Assembly (NCBI RefSeq): GCF_006345805.1
Contig: NC_043020.1
Location: forward strand, 13,330,001-13,394,000
DNA: 64,000 nucleotides
Direction: 5' to 3'
Origin: Octopus sinensis
Taxonomy: Eukaryota
This document shows positions 1 to 12,433 of the stretch, piece by piece; position 1 is the first letter of the stretch; every line of letters starts with the position of its first letter. The notes beneath the pieces are model-generated. The model made no database searches. It was not told the DNA's origin and saw only the letters and a program-made list of their open reading frames with translations. A program made the translations under genes and the position numbers.

Positions 1-381
1 TACTCTTTTACTCTTTTACTTGTTTCAGTCATTTGACTGCGGCCATGCTGGAGCACCGCCTTTAATCGAGCAATTCGACCCCGGGACTTATTCTTTTGTA
101 AGCCCAGTACTTATTCTATCGGTCTCTTTTTGCCGAACCATTAAGTAAACACACCAGCATTGGTTGTCAAGCAATGCTAGGGGGACAAACACAGACACAC
201 AAACACACGCATATATATATATATACATATATACGACGGGCTTCTTTCAGTTTCCGTCTACCAAATCCACTCACAAAGCTTTGGTCGGCCCGAGGCTCTA
301 GTAGAAGACACTTGCCCTAGATGTCACGCAGTTGGACTGAACCCAGAACCATGTGGTTGGTAAACAAGCTACTTACCACAC
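1..381 (-). mobile_element. tRNA-headed SINE, family A (internal (TA)n, AAAAGAGT tail)
   Basis: Reverse complement of the A consensus (head GGAGTGGCTGTGTGGTAAG, CORE-like CACCTTGGGCAAGTGTCTT, tail GAAACAAGTAAAAGAGTAAAAGAG); more than 20 copies in the window. Confidence 0.85.
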
Positions 382-1084
382 ATATATTGTGTGTGTGTGA
401 TGTGAGATTGTTGGGAGCTGTCTCCTCCTCTATTATTGTATATCAGTTGTACATTGTTTGTGCATCAGAATATATAAAAAATGTAAACTGTTGTTTGACT
501 AGAAAGAGATTGGCTTTGGCACTGTGTCAGAAAGTTCTTGGAAGTAGAGGCTATTGGAATAGCAGGAGCAAAACAGACAATAAATTCTATAGACACTTGA
601 TCTGTCAATCAATTCTGCTCGACTGGTTTTTTAACCAATATACTGGCAACTTCTCTAAAGAGTGTCTTACATAAATTCACATCGTTTGTGTGTCAGAAAC
701 ATTAGGAAACTTGTGTCTGTTTCTTTCCTAAATTGGTAAAATATAAGCGATGATAAAAGAATAACATTCAAATTTATTGCATGTTTGAATTTATTTTGTA
801 ACTCAGTGTATTAAACTGTGACTTGCTGAACATTTTATTGCACAAATAAAATTTGAAAAGTTTTTATGTGTAAATCTTTCTGATTTTCAGTTCTAACAAG
901 TGTCTGATAGGAATCTGAAATAAAATTAGCTTAAATTACAAAAAAATAATTCAGTTTAATTTTAGAATCATAAGTTGAGTTTTTGAAGAATCTATCTTAC
1001 AGGAAATGGATGATGAATCTGCTGTGTTCCAATGTGTTACATCAAATTTAACCTTCTAGTATCTAGATTACTCTGTCAGATGTA

Positions 1085-1419
1085 CTGAGATCCCCTTTGG
1101 TGATGACTGACCATAGGATTGCACCTAGAATGTTACCCTCCCAGGCACAAATCCGGGCAAGGTTGTTTACGGAAGAGCAGCAGTCGCCCATGCATACCGG
1201 CCTCCTCTCTCCACGCCACCAGTGTTATCCAAGGGAAAGGCAAAGGGCCGATACAGCTTGGCACCTGTGACATTGCAACTCATTTCTACAGCTGAGTGAA
1301 CTGGAGCAACATGAAATAAAGTGTCTTGCTCTAGAACACAACATGCATCCCGGTCTGAGATTCGAACTCACAACCTCATGATCGGAAGCTCAACACTCTA
1401 ACCACTGAGCTATGCGCCT
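1085..1419 (-). mobile_element. CORE-like SINE, family E
   Basis: tRNA-like head, GTTGTGTTCT[A/T]GAGCAAGACACTTTATTTC core, 13-bp TSD TCTGTCAGATGTA at 1072-1084 and 1420-1432. Confidence 0.85.
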
Positions 1420-1639
1420 TCTGTCAGATGTAATACCTATTTATTCACATTATTTTCAATTAATTATGTATTATCTTATAGCTTTGAGATTTCGATGATG
1501 TGATTGCATATTTTTAGAATGACATTGTAGGGCAAGTGTGAAAGGCCAGATCTGGTCAGTTTCAACTTTTATTTATTCACATTATTTTCTATCAGTCATG
1601 TATTATCGTGTGCTTTGAGATTTCAATGATGTGATTGGC

Positions 1640-1967
1640 CAGAGCGGCTAACTGGCTTCCATGCCGGTGGCACATAAAAGGCATGATCATTACCAGCGTC
1701 GCCTTACTGGCACTTGTGCCGGTGGCATGTGTAAAAACATTCGAGCGAGATCGTTGCCAGTACCGCCTGACTGGCCCCCGTGCCAGTGGCACATAAAAGC
1801 CCCCTATACACTCTCGGAGTGGTTGGCGTTAGGAAGGGCATCCAGCTGTGGAAACTCTGCCAGATCAAGGTTGGAGCCTGGTGCAGCCATCTGGTTCGCC
1901 AGCCCTCAGTCAAATCGTCCAACCCATGCTAGCATGGAAAGCAGATCTTAAGCGATGATGATGATGA
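1640..1967 (+). mobile_element. RTE-LINE 3' tail (family D)
   Basis: GGTTGGCGTTAGGAAGGGCATCCAGCTG ... CATGCTAGCATGGAAAGC, (GAT)n tail. Confidence 0.8.
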
Positions 1968-3116
1968 GAATTATGTTGTGTGGTGTGAAAGGCCAGATCT
2001 GGTCAGTTTGAACTTAAAACAGAATATTTGGACAGGATACAGCTGGTTTAAGTGCTGAAGTGTTAAAGTGGAGCTATTTTTACATATGACAGTTGTTGAG
2101 AGAAGAGCAAATACAAAATTCTGCTGATGTAGATTGTTAATGAGAACCAATAAAGTCAATGAAATACAAGAAAAATTATTCCCCTATTCACTTAGACTGT
2201 ATATTTTCTCTTCCCATTCTGCCATCTCTCTTCCCTCACACAAGAAAAAAAAAAACCCCAACAAATCTCAAATAATCATTAAGCGTCAAGGAAAGAAGAA
2301 ATTGAAAATAAATAATATTTGTTACCTTTTAGAGATGTTTTCTGTTTGTGTTTTTGGATAATGCATATTTTACCAACTAGCAAATACTGTAAGCTTTCAT
2401 ATACTAAATGAGCACCAGTTATTGATTTTACAATGGAAATAGCAGGAATGAGAACGGCTTTGGAACAACACCGGCAAGGAGTTCAGTATGGAAGAGTGGG
2501 TTTTCTAATACCAGGAACAACCCATTGGGGAAAAGAAGGAATCGGTAAAAGTCGTTATTGATTTGAATTTTAAAGAAAAATATGTTTCATAATTAGATTT
2601 TTAGTTAGAGGAACTCTCTCTCTCTCTATCGAATAAATATTTCAATAAAACCAACAGAAATAAACACTGTGTTTATAAAACCTGCTTTCCTCCATCCTAA
2701 TTGCTATCTTATCACGGGATATACTTCTCTACCGTCTTTTAATCTGATTATTATGCATCGGTTTCACCTTGAGATTTCTCTTATTTTGATTGGGAAGACG
2801 AGAGAGAGAGAGGGATCCAACGGACAGACAGACAGACTGACAGTCAGAGGGAGAAACTACATGCTCGTGATGTTACTGGGGATATAACTGTGATTGGTGG
2901 TGGGGGAGGTGCATTACTTATTTAACAGCATGTGGATATCTGTGTGTGTACATGTGTGTGTGTGCGCATGTGTGTGTGCCTGAGTGTGTATATGTTTTTA
3001 TTTTAGCTGCACAGCAATATCTGTAATGTGTAGGAGTAATTACTAATTTAACTGTGCAGTGATACTATCTCTACCTATCTATTTATCTATCTATATATAT
3101 ATCTATATATATATAG

Positions 3117-3170
<54 letters not shown>

Positions 3171-3173
<3 letters not shown>

Positions 3174-3319
3174 TTCACAAAAATTTAGATTCAATGAATA
3201 TGGTACTTAATTTAGATGCACCAGAATTCTGTATGGTGTTATCCATAAAATCCGTGGAGTGATTATAATCAAAATAAGCAAAGAGTCATTCTTGTTGCTT
3301 ATTTTGATTATAATATATA

Positions 3320-3325
<6 letters not shown>
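3171..3325. mobile_element. Fold-back MITE arm in (TA)n with internal 20-bp inverted repeat
   Basis: Matches reverse complement of 38075-38168; ATTATAATCAAAATAAGCAA / TTGCTTATTTTGATTATAAT. Confidence 0.6.
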
Positions 3326-3366
<41 letters not shown>

Positions 3367-3580
3367 TGTGTATATATAAGTTTTATGTGTGTATTATGTA
3401 TGTATGTGTGTATTATTCATGTATATATATATTATGAATGTGTATATATGCTTGTATATATATATGTAATATTTGTTATGTTAGTCATGTGTATATGTGT
3501 ATATGTGTATGTTATATTTGTGTGTATGTATGTGTATGTATGCATATATGGGTGTGTGTGTGTGTATATGTATATAGTTC

Positions 3581-3796
3581 TATCGGTACAGAGTTAAATA
3601 AGGAACAGCCCCTCCCACCACCACCACCACCACCATCACCACCTCCACCACCACCACCACCACCATCATCATCATCGTATAACATCCGTTTTCCGTGCCA
3701 GCACCGTCCAACCCTTGCTAGCTCGGAAAACGGACATTAAACAATGATGACGATGGTGGTGGGATGGCCTGTTCCTTATTTAACTCTGTACCGATA
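3581..3796. repeat. Fold-back element: perfect 28-bp terminal inverted repeat enclosing inverted D-tail ends
   Basis: TATCGGTACAGAGTTAAATAAGGAACAG (3581-3608) and its exact reverse complement (3769-3796). Confidence 0.8.
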
Positions 3797-3900
3797 TAGC
3801 TATACGTGGGTGCATCACTAATTTAGCAGCATGTATGATGCTGTGGATTGTTCTAGATAATAACTACGGGGACGTATGATATTGACATGAATGTAATCAC

Positions 3901-4063
3901 AGGTGCAGGAGTGGCTGTGTGGTTAAGTAGCTTGTTTACCAACCACATGGTTCCGGGTTCAGTCCCACTGCGTGGCACCTTGGGCAAGTGTCTTCTACTA
4001 TAGCCTCGGGCCGACCAAAGCCTTGTGAGTGGATTTGGTAATACAGAACTGAAATAAGCCCAT

Positions 4064-4158
<95 letters not shown>

Positions 4159-4410
4159 TATATATATGTGTGTGTTGTGTGTGTATTGTATATATCTGTG
4201 TTTTGTATATCCTCCAACATTGCTTGACAACACCGATGCTGGTGTGTTTACGTCCCCGTTACTTAGCAGTTCGGCAAAAGAGACCGACAGAATAAGTACT
4301 AGGCTTACAAAGAATAAGTCCTGGGGGCGATTTGCTCAACCAAAGGTGGTGCTCTAGCATGGCCACAGTCAAATGACTGAAACAAGTAAAAGAGTAAAAG
4401 AGAGAGAGAT
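3901..4410 (+). mobile_element. SINE family A, full length
   Basis: Head, core, long internal (TA)n and tail present. Confidence 0.9.
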
Positions 4411-5580
4411 ATATTGTGAATATATGTGGGTGTATACAAATGCCTTTTATACACACACAACTGAGTGTATAGTTTTATGTTGCAGTGTCTGCAAACCTTG
4501 CTGTGTCCATGGTTCCGTGCGATTAATTTTTAAGATTCCTTCCTCCTCCCCTCGTCACCTGTCATAACGGGAATGTGTGGGTTTTAATCTCCTCCTCCTC
4601 CCCTGTCATTCCCCTGGTGTGCTTGTTGTTGATGTTGCGGCAACAACCGGAGTTGTTATTGTAAACAAGAGATCAATAATTTCAATTATTGATTGATTTT
4701 TCTGAAATCTTAATGTTTCGACTTTGAGTAGTTTTGATATCAATAAAACTGATTTATGGAAAGAAGAGGAGGATGTGGTGTCTCTCTATCCCCCTCTCTC
4801 TCTCTCTCTCTCCTCCTTTTTTATTTTTTTTCTATCTCTCCCTCCCTCTCTCGTTTTCCTTTTCTTTTTACCTCACTCTCTCTCTCTCTGTCATACGTGG
4901 GAGAGACAGTTTAACCAATCTACATTCAGCTCTCCCAAATTTCTGTGTGTGTGATAGAGAGAAGGGGAAAAATATAGGGAAAGAGTAAGAGAGAGGAGAG
5001 AAAGTGAGAGAGAAACCAACAAAGAAGCCTTTATATGGTCCCTACACCTACTGAAAACTACAGCCAAATCTCCCTCAAAATACAATATCTTCCTGTTTCA
5101 ATGAAAGCAAGGACTCATTAGATAATATTGTCTTAACTGCACTATGACTGACAGAAAGGCATGATAGCCATAACTGGAATGTCTTCGTTGCATCAACTTA
5201 ATTAGGCCTGACATGGAGTTAAGCTACCATGCGGCTTCGAAGCCAGCTTTGTAAATACAGGACTATGGTTGTGTGTTAGTAATGTGTATTCCTCACAAAA
5301 GGAATAAAAATCAATACTGTAAGAAATAATAACCAAATCCTCCTCATATTTCACCATACCATCTTAGATAAGAGAAGGCATTGTCATCATTTAACGTCCA
5401 TTTCCAATGCTGGCATGGGTTAGGTGGTTTGACCAGAGCTTGTAAGCCAGAGAACTGCACCAGAACTCAGTTGGCTGTTTTGACTTGGTTTCTGTAGCTG
5501 GTTGCCCTTCATAATGCCAACCACTTTACAAAGTGTATTAGGTGTCTTTTACATGTCATGAGCATGGATGCTCTCTTATA

Positions 5581-6250
5581 TGTCACTGGCACAGATGCCT
5601 TTTAAGCGTCACTGGCATGGGTGCCCTTTTCTGTGTCACTGGCACGGGTGCCCTTTTCTGTGTCACTGGCATGGGTGCCCTTTTCTGTGTCACTGGCATA
5701 TGTGCCCTTTTCTGTGTCACTGGCATGAGTGCCCTTTTGTGTGTCACTGGCATGGGTTCCCTTTTGTGTGTCACTGGCATGGGTGCCCATTTGTGTGTCA
5801 CTGGCATGGGTGCCCTTTTATGCATCACTGGTATGGGTGCCCTTTTGTGGGTCACTGGCATGGGTGCCCTTTTATGCATCACTGGCATGGGTGCCCTTTT
5901 ATGCATCACTGGCATGAGTGCCCTTTTGTGTATCACTGGCATGGGTGCCCTTTTATGTGTCACTGGCATGAGTGCCCTTTTGTGTGTCACTGGCATGAGT
6001 GCCCTTTTGTGTGTCACTTGCATGGGTTCCCTTTTGTGTGTCACTGGCATGGGTGCCCTTTTGTGTATCACTGGCATGGGTGCCCTTTTATGCATCACTG
6101 GTATGGGTGCCCTTTTGTGGGTCACTGGCATGGGTGCCCTTTTATGCATCACTGGCATGGGTGCCCTTTTATGCATCACTGGCATGGGTGCCCTTTTATG
6201 CATCACTGGCATGAGTGCCCTTTTGTGTGTCACTGGCATGGGTGCCCTTT
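5581..6250. repeat. 27-bp minisatellite (~25 units, GTCACTGGCATGGGTGCCCTTTTGTGT)
   Basis: Direct tandem units inside the RTE 3' UTR; explains the 9-residue periodic ORFs. Confidence 0.95.
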
Positions 6251-6496
6251 ACATGTTACTAGCATTGCCACTACCATGATTTCACTTAGTTTGACATATC
6301 TTTTCAAGCACAGCAAATTGTCAGATGTCTCAGTCACTCCTCATTGCCCTCATGAGACTCAAAATTTGAAGATCATACTTCACCACCTCGTCCCATGTCT
6401 TCTGAAGTCTACCTTTTCCACAGGTTCCCTCCACAATTAGAGCTTGACTCTTTTTTATGCAGCTGTCCTTGTCCATACGTATTACATGACCATACC

Positions 6497-6729
6497 TATT
6501 TCTTTATTACCCGCAAGGGGCTAAACACAGAGGGGACAAACAAGGACAGACATAGGTATTAAGTCGATTACATCGACTCCAGTGCGTAACTGGTACTTAA
6601 TTTATCGACCCCGAAAGGATGAAAGGCAAAGTCGACCTCGGCGGATTTTGAACTCACAACGTAACGCAGATGAAATACCGCTAAGCATTTCGCCCGGCGT
6701 GCTAACGATTCTGCCAGCTCACCACCTTA
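6497..6729 (-). mobile_element. SINE family C1 inserted in the RTE LINE
   Basis: 16-bp TSD ATTACATGACCATACC at 6481-6496 and 6730-6745. Confidence 0.9.
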
Positions 6730-6947
6730 ATTACATGACCATACCATCTCTTGCACACCACATCTGATGTCTCTTATACCCAGTTTTTTTCTTAAGACAC
6801 CTGCACTCTGTCATGTGCACACCAACATTGCACATCCAGCTGAGCATGCGAGCTTGATTTCTTTCAAGCCCTCACATGTCTTCTGCAATTACAATCCATG
6901 TTTCACTGCCATGTAGCATGGCAGGACACAGAAAATGGTTCCTACAT

Positions 6948-7331
6948 GGGAAGCACTCCGTCGGTTACGACGATGAGGGTTCCAGTTGATCCGAATCAAT
7001 GGAACAGCCTGCTCGTGAAATTAACGTGTAAGTGGCTGAGCACTCCACAGACACGTGCACCCTTAACGTAGTTCTCGGAGATATTCAGCGTGACACAGAA
7101 AGTGACAAGGCTGGCCCTTTGAAATACAGGTACAACAGAAACAGGAAGTAAGAGTGTGAGAAAGTTGTGGTGAAAGAGTACAGCAGATCACCACCATCCC
7201 CTGCCGGAGCCTCGTGGAGCTTTTAGGTGTTTTTGCTCAATAAACACTCAAAACGCCCGGTCTGGGAATCGAAACCGCGATCCTATGACCGCGAGTCCGC
7301 TGCCCTAACCACTGGGCTATTGCGCCTCCAC
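6948..7331 (-). mobile_element. tRNA-headed SINE family B (tail 1)
   Basis: 11-bp TSD GGTTCCTACAT at 6937-6947 and 7332-7342; matches 10271-10650 and 61760-62134. Confidence 0.9.
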
Positions 7332-8070
7332 GGTTCCTACATAAGTGCTTTTTAAAAAGAGAAACTTATGTATGAACAGAGCACCTTTAACCAAAAATGC
7401 CTTCAATCAAAACTGATCTGGCACAAAACAAGAATTCCAGTATGCTCCAAGACAAAGTTAATCTCTCTGTTAAGGATAGTTTTGTCTGAAGGAACATTAG
7501 AAAGACCAAAGTAAACAGTTGGAGACATTTTGACACCAAACTAAAGCAAAACAAACCAAACCATTTCTGCTCGTTAAAACATTAATCAGTTTGTTATTTA
7601 TCTACAATTCTTACCTAATTAATTCTTCCGCGTCTCTGGAGGCAAATAAAATCATTTTCCCTTTCTATTTATTGTGATAAATTCTGTGTAAAATAGATTC
7701 GAAACCAATTATATTTTTATGCTGCTATTCTGCCTCTCACAACCGAAAAAAACCCAAAAAAACTCCAGTTGTTTTGGTGGTCCGATATTATTATTATTAT
7801 CGTTACCTTTCCTGATTCGCCACCTTAATGGGTGTTTTTATTTATTTATTTATTTTTTTTTTTTTTTACAGGTAACTGTTTGTATCATTGAGTAATTTCA
7901 ATTTAGCTTGTGTTGTAGGTTTTCATGTGTTTTCCTTCCGCAACCATCAAATTATTGAGCTGTACGATTCATATGTAACAATTAATGAAACTATTTATGC
8001 AAAAAAGTACGGCTGTCAGCAGAAATTTCCTGCTCTTGTTATAAACTATAATCTGCATCCTTACTTCCAA

Positions 8071-8107
<37 letters not shown>

Positions 8108-8497
8108 GTTGTTGTTTTCTCGCTCACGTTGTTGTTTTTCCATTACTCTGACACACTCCTCACTTCCAGCAAAATGAATTCCTAAAGACTCTTTTTGTCG
8201 TTGCTTTGAATAAAGCCCCTTAGAAAAATAAATATTTGAAAATAAAAATGTGATAAACACATCCAAATATTTGCACACCGCTTATGTGTGCGTTAGTGTA
8301 TTTGTGTGTGTGTGTGTGTGTGTTTATTGTTTTACATGCCAAACCCATTAAAGGGGTCAGAACTACAAGGTATGTAGAATATGGTGTGTGTGTGTGTATA
8401 TATTTATAGTTTAGCAACAAAAACTGGCAGTGTGGTTGTAATGATATTGTTACCAAAATATAATACGCACACATATATACACACACGACATATATAT

Positions 8498-9260
8498 AGG
8501 CGTAGGAGTGGCTGTGTGTGGTAAGAAGCTTGCTTCCCAATCACATGGTTCCAGGTTCAGTCCCACTGCGTGGCATCTTGGGCAAGTGTCTTCTGCTATA
8601 GCCCCGGGCCGACCAATGCCTTGTGAGTGGATTTGGTAGACGGAAACTGAAAGAAGCCCGTCGTATTATGTGTGTGTATGTGTGTGTATTTGTCCCACTA
8701 TCATTGCTTGACAACCGATGCTGGTGTGTTTACGTCCCCGTCACTTAGCAGTTCGGCAAAAAGAGACCGATAGAATAAGTACTGGGCTTGCGGAGAATAA
8801 GTCCCGGGGTCGATTTGCTCGACTAAAGGCGGTGCTCCAGCATGGCCGCAGTCGAATGACTGAAACAGGTAAAAGAGAGAAAAAGAGAGTATAGGTGGAG
8901 GAGTGGCTGTGTGGTAAGAAGCTTGCTTCCCAATTACATGGTTCCAGGTTCAGTCCCATTGCGTGGCACCTTGGGCATGTGTCTTCTACTATAGCCTTGG
9001 GCCGACCAAAGCCTTGTGAGTGGATTTGATAGACGGAAACTGAAAGAAGCCTGTCGTATACATATATGTATGTATATGTGTGTCTGTGTTTGTATCCCCA
9101 TCATCTTCTTACACCTGATGTTAGCGTGTTTACATCCCTGTAACTTAGCGGTTCAGCAAAAGGGATCGATAAAGTACTTGGCTTACAAAGAATAAGTCGT
9201 AGGGTCGATAGACGTTGTTCCTTCATGGCTGCTGTGAAATGACTGAAACAAATAAAAGTA
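8498..9260 (+). mobile_element. Two adjacent family A SINEs
   Basis: Heads at ~8498 and ~8893, each with core and tail. Confidence 0.85.
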
Positions 9261-9536
9261 TATATACATGTATATATCTGTATGAAAACCTTTCATTGTA
9301 ATTTTATTACAATTTTTTGTTGTCTTTTGTGAGTCCCTCAACTCCTTGATAGAGTTAGGAGGGCGCAGAAGGTAAAGAACAAAAAAACAAAATCAAAAAA
9401 ATGAAATAAAGATTAGAAAGTACCCTAGGACTTCTACTTTATTTATTGACCCCTAGAAGGATGATGAAATGGTAAGGCTGACTTTGGAGGATTTCTCAAA
9501 CTCATAGCACAGATACCTGGAATCAATACCAGAAAA

Positions 9537-9938
9537 CAGGAATGGCTGTGTGGCAAGTAGCCTGCTTACCAACCACATGGTTCTGGGTTCATTCTCACTG
9601 CGAGGCACCTTGGGCAAGTGTCTTCTACTATATCCTCGAGCCAACCAAAGCCTTGTGAGTGGATTTGGTAGATGGAAACTGAAAGAAACCTGTTGTATAT
9701 ATGTATATATATATATATATTATATGTTTGTGTGTCTGTGTTTGTCCCCCCAACATTGCTTGACAACCGATGCTGGTGTGTTTATATCCCCATAACTTAG
9801 TGGTTTGGCAAAAGAGACCAATAGAATAAGTACTAGGCTTACAAAAAATAAGTCCTGGGGTTAATTTGCTCGACTAAAGGCGGTGCTCCAGCATGGCCAC
9901 AGTCAAATGACTGAAACAAGTAAAAGAGTAAAGAGAGA
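9537..9938 (+). mobile_element. SINE family A
   Basis: Matches A consensus. Confidence 0.85.
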
Positions 9939-10270
9939 TGTTGCTCTACTGACTCTGCAAGCTTGGGGTTCATTATTGTGTTATTAACACTAATGATGGG
10001 AAAAACTAATTTAATTGGCTTGCTCCAATTTGTTGATTAACTTCTAAATTAATTAAAACTCAGACAGAAGAAAGGCTTAAAATTTTAAACAAGAAATTCC
10101 TTCTTTCTGTTCAGATCACAGGATTAAATGGGAAGCAATAATGGAATACAGCAAAATGTCCCTAAGAGGTTTTATTTAGTTTACCTTGGACAAAAATCAC
10201 AGTAACAATGGTGTATATACATTAAGTATGATACATAGATGGCTGTGTGTGTGTGTGTGCATGCATATAT

Positions 10271-10650
10271 GGAGGCGCAATGGACCAGTGGTTAGGGCAG
10301 CTGACTCGCGGTCATAGGATCGCGGTTTCGATTCCCAGACCGGGATTTGTGAGTGTTTATTGAGCGAAGACACCTAAAAGCTCCACGAGGCTCCAGCAGG
10401 GGATGGTGGTGATCCCTGCTGTACTCTTTCACCACAACTTTCTCTCACTCTTACTTCCTGTTTCTGTTGTACCTGTATTTCAAGGGGCCGGCCTTGTCAC
10501 TCTCTGTGTCACACTGAATATCCCCGAGAACTACATTAAGGGTACACGTGTCTGTGGAGTGCTCAGCCACTTACACGTTAATTTCACGAGCAGGCTGTTC
10601 CGTTGATTCGGATCAACCGGAACCCTCATCGTCGTAACCGACGGAGTGCT
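10271..10650 (+). mobile_element. SINE family B (tail 1), full length
   Basis: A-box-like TGGACCAGTGG, B-box-like GGTTTCGATTCC, tail GTAACCGACGGAGTGC. Confidence 0.9.
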
Positions 10651-10960
10651 AAAGAAGAAGAAGAAGCATATATATATCTTGACAACTGAAAGAAGAATCA
10701 TTTATTAGTTTCCAAATATTAGCTTTGACCTCAAGTTCCACATTATTAGGAATGGCAGACCATCATTTTTAGAAACTATTTATCTATTTTTTTCCATGTT
10801 AATTGTTAACAAGGGAAAAATACTCATCTATTTATATATACACATATATCTAATAATATCAAGGTAATAAAGATTTTAGAAATTTTTACTACCAGTGGCC
10901 TAGCATATAGAAAAATTAGTCAATAGACTAAATATTATTCATATAAAATACAGTGTGCAT

Positions 10961-11188
10961 TTAACCCTTTAGTGTTTAAACCGGCCATATCAGGCCAAAA
11001 TTGTCTTCCTGTTTTATGCTCAAACCAGCCAGCTCTGACCTCTCACACCTACCCTACAAAGTCATTCTAAAAATAAACAAGGACAACATCAAAATCTCAG
11101 AGTTACAAGATGCAGTACAATTAATTTAAAATAATGTAATTAAACAGGCTTTAGATTTGACAGAGTAATCTGAATGCAAAAGGGTTAA
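10961..11188. mobile_element. TTAA-flanked piggyBac-type MITE
   Basis: TTAACCCTTT ... AAAGGGTTAA termini. Confidence 0.8.
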
Positions 11189-11285
11189 ACACATTTAGAG
11201 GTTACCCTCATAGGACTCCCTTACGCTAGAAGGAACAGCTAAAGTTCAAACCACTAATAAGGGATAAATGTACACTGTATTTTTT

Positions 11286-11329
<44 letters not shown>

Positions 11330-11404
11330 TTAAGACCCATCCTCTATAGCAGAAGTGTTTAGCCCCCCCCCCCATGAAGAGGATTGGCCTGCAAGAGTCC
11401 TGTG

Positions 11405-11930
11405 CTAGTACCATATAAAAACACTCATGCTGGTACCATATAAAGGTGCTCATGCTGGTGCCGTGTTAAAAGCACCCAGCACACACCGTGAAGTGGTTGG
11501 CATTAGGAAGGGCATCCAGCTAATAGAAACCAAGTCAAATCAGACTGGAACCTGTTGCAGCTATTTAGCTGCCAACTCTGGTCAAACCGTCCAACTTATG
11601 CCAGCATGGACAACAAATGTTAACGGATGACGATCATGAGGTTGTGAGTTCGAATCTCAGACCGGGATGCATGTTGTGTTCTTGAGCAAGACACTTTATT
11701 TCATGTTGCTCCAGTTCACTCAGCTGTAGAAATGAGCTGTGACATCACTGGTGCCAAGCTGTATCGGCCCCTTTGCCTTTCCCTTGGATAACACTGGTGG
11801 CGTGGAGAGGGAATGCCGATATGCATGGGCAACTGCTGGTCTTCCATAAACAACGTTGCCTGGACTTGTGCCTGGGAGGGTAGCTTCCTAGGTGCAATCC
11901 CATGGTCAGTCATGGCCAAAGGAGGTCTCC
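11405..11930 (+). mobile_element. Diverged D tail followed by family E SINE (11633-11930)
   Basis: Similarity to D and E consensus. Confidence 0.7.
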
Positions 11931-12021
11931 ACATATATATATATTTAGGACAGTTGTTGCAACTATGATAAACTGAACAAATTGAAAACTGATTCCTGAA
12001 GAGCAAAAGAACTTGACAACT

Positions 12022-12433
12022 CTTTACTCTTTTACTTGTTTCAGTCATTTTGACTGTGGCCATGCTGGAGCACCGCCTTTAATCGAGCAACTCGACCCTG
12101 GGACTTATTCTTTGTAAGCCCAGTACTTATTCTATCGGTCTCTTTTGCCGAACCGCTAAGTGACAGGTACGTAAAGACACCAGCATCAATTGTCAAGCAA
12201 TGCTAGGGGGACAAACACAGGCACACAAACATATACACATACACACACATATATATATATATACATATATACGACAGGCTTCTTCCAGTTTCCGTCTACC
12301 AAATCCACTCACAAGGCTTTGGTCGGCCCGAGGCTATAGCAGAAGACACTTGCCCAAGATGCCACGCAGTGTGACTGAACCCGGAACCATGTGGTTGGTA
12401 AACAAGCTACTTACCACACAGCCACTCCTGCGC
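12022..12433 (-). mobile_element. SINE family A
   Basis: Full-length reverse complement match. Confidence 0.9.

Larger units (their letters stand above)
1048..2070 (+). mobile_element. Degraded TTAA/piggyBac-type MITE split by later SINE-E and RTE-tail insertions
   Basis: Pieces match the intact MITEs at 10961-11188 and 23557-23777. Confidence 0.6.
5385..6925 (-). mobile_element. 5'-truncated RTE-clade LINE (ORF2 C-terminus plus 3' UTR)
   Basis: Minus strand gives degenerate AMLHGSETW ... LERNQARMLSWMCNV ... KLGIRDIRCGVQE, typical of the RTE ORF2 C-terminus, continuing into the D tail ending at ~5385. Confidence 0.8.

Noticed and set aside
321-674. 117-aa ORF
   Set aside because: Starts inside a SINE; no recognisable domain or splice support
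2433-2561. 42-codon ATG ORF (MEIAGMRTAL...)
   Set aside because: Short, no recognisable homology or splice context
5542-6440. 245-aa and 290-aa Cys/His-rich ORFs; possible CRISPR-like array
   Set aside because: Pure 27-bp tandem repeat without spacers inside a LINE 3' UTR; ORFs are periodicity artefacts
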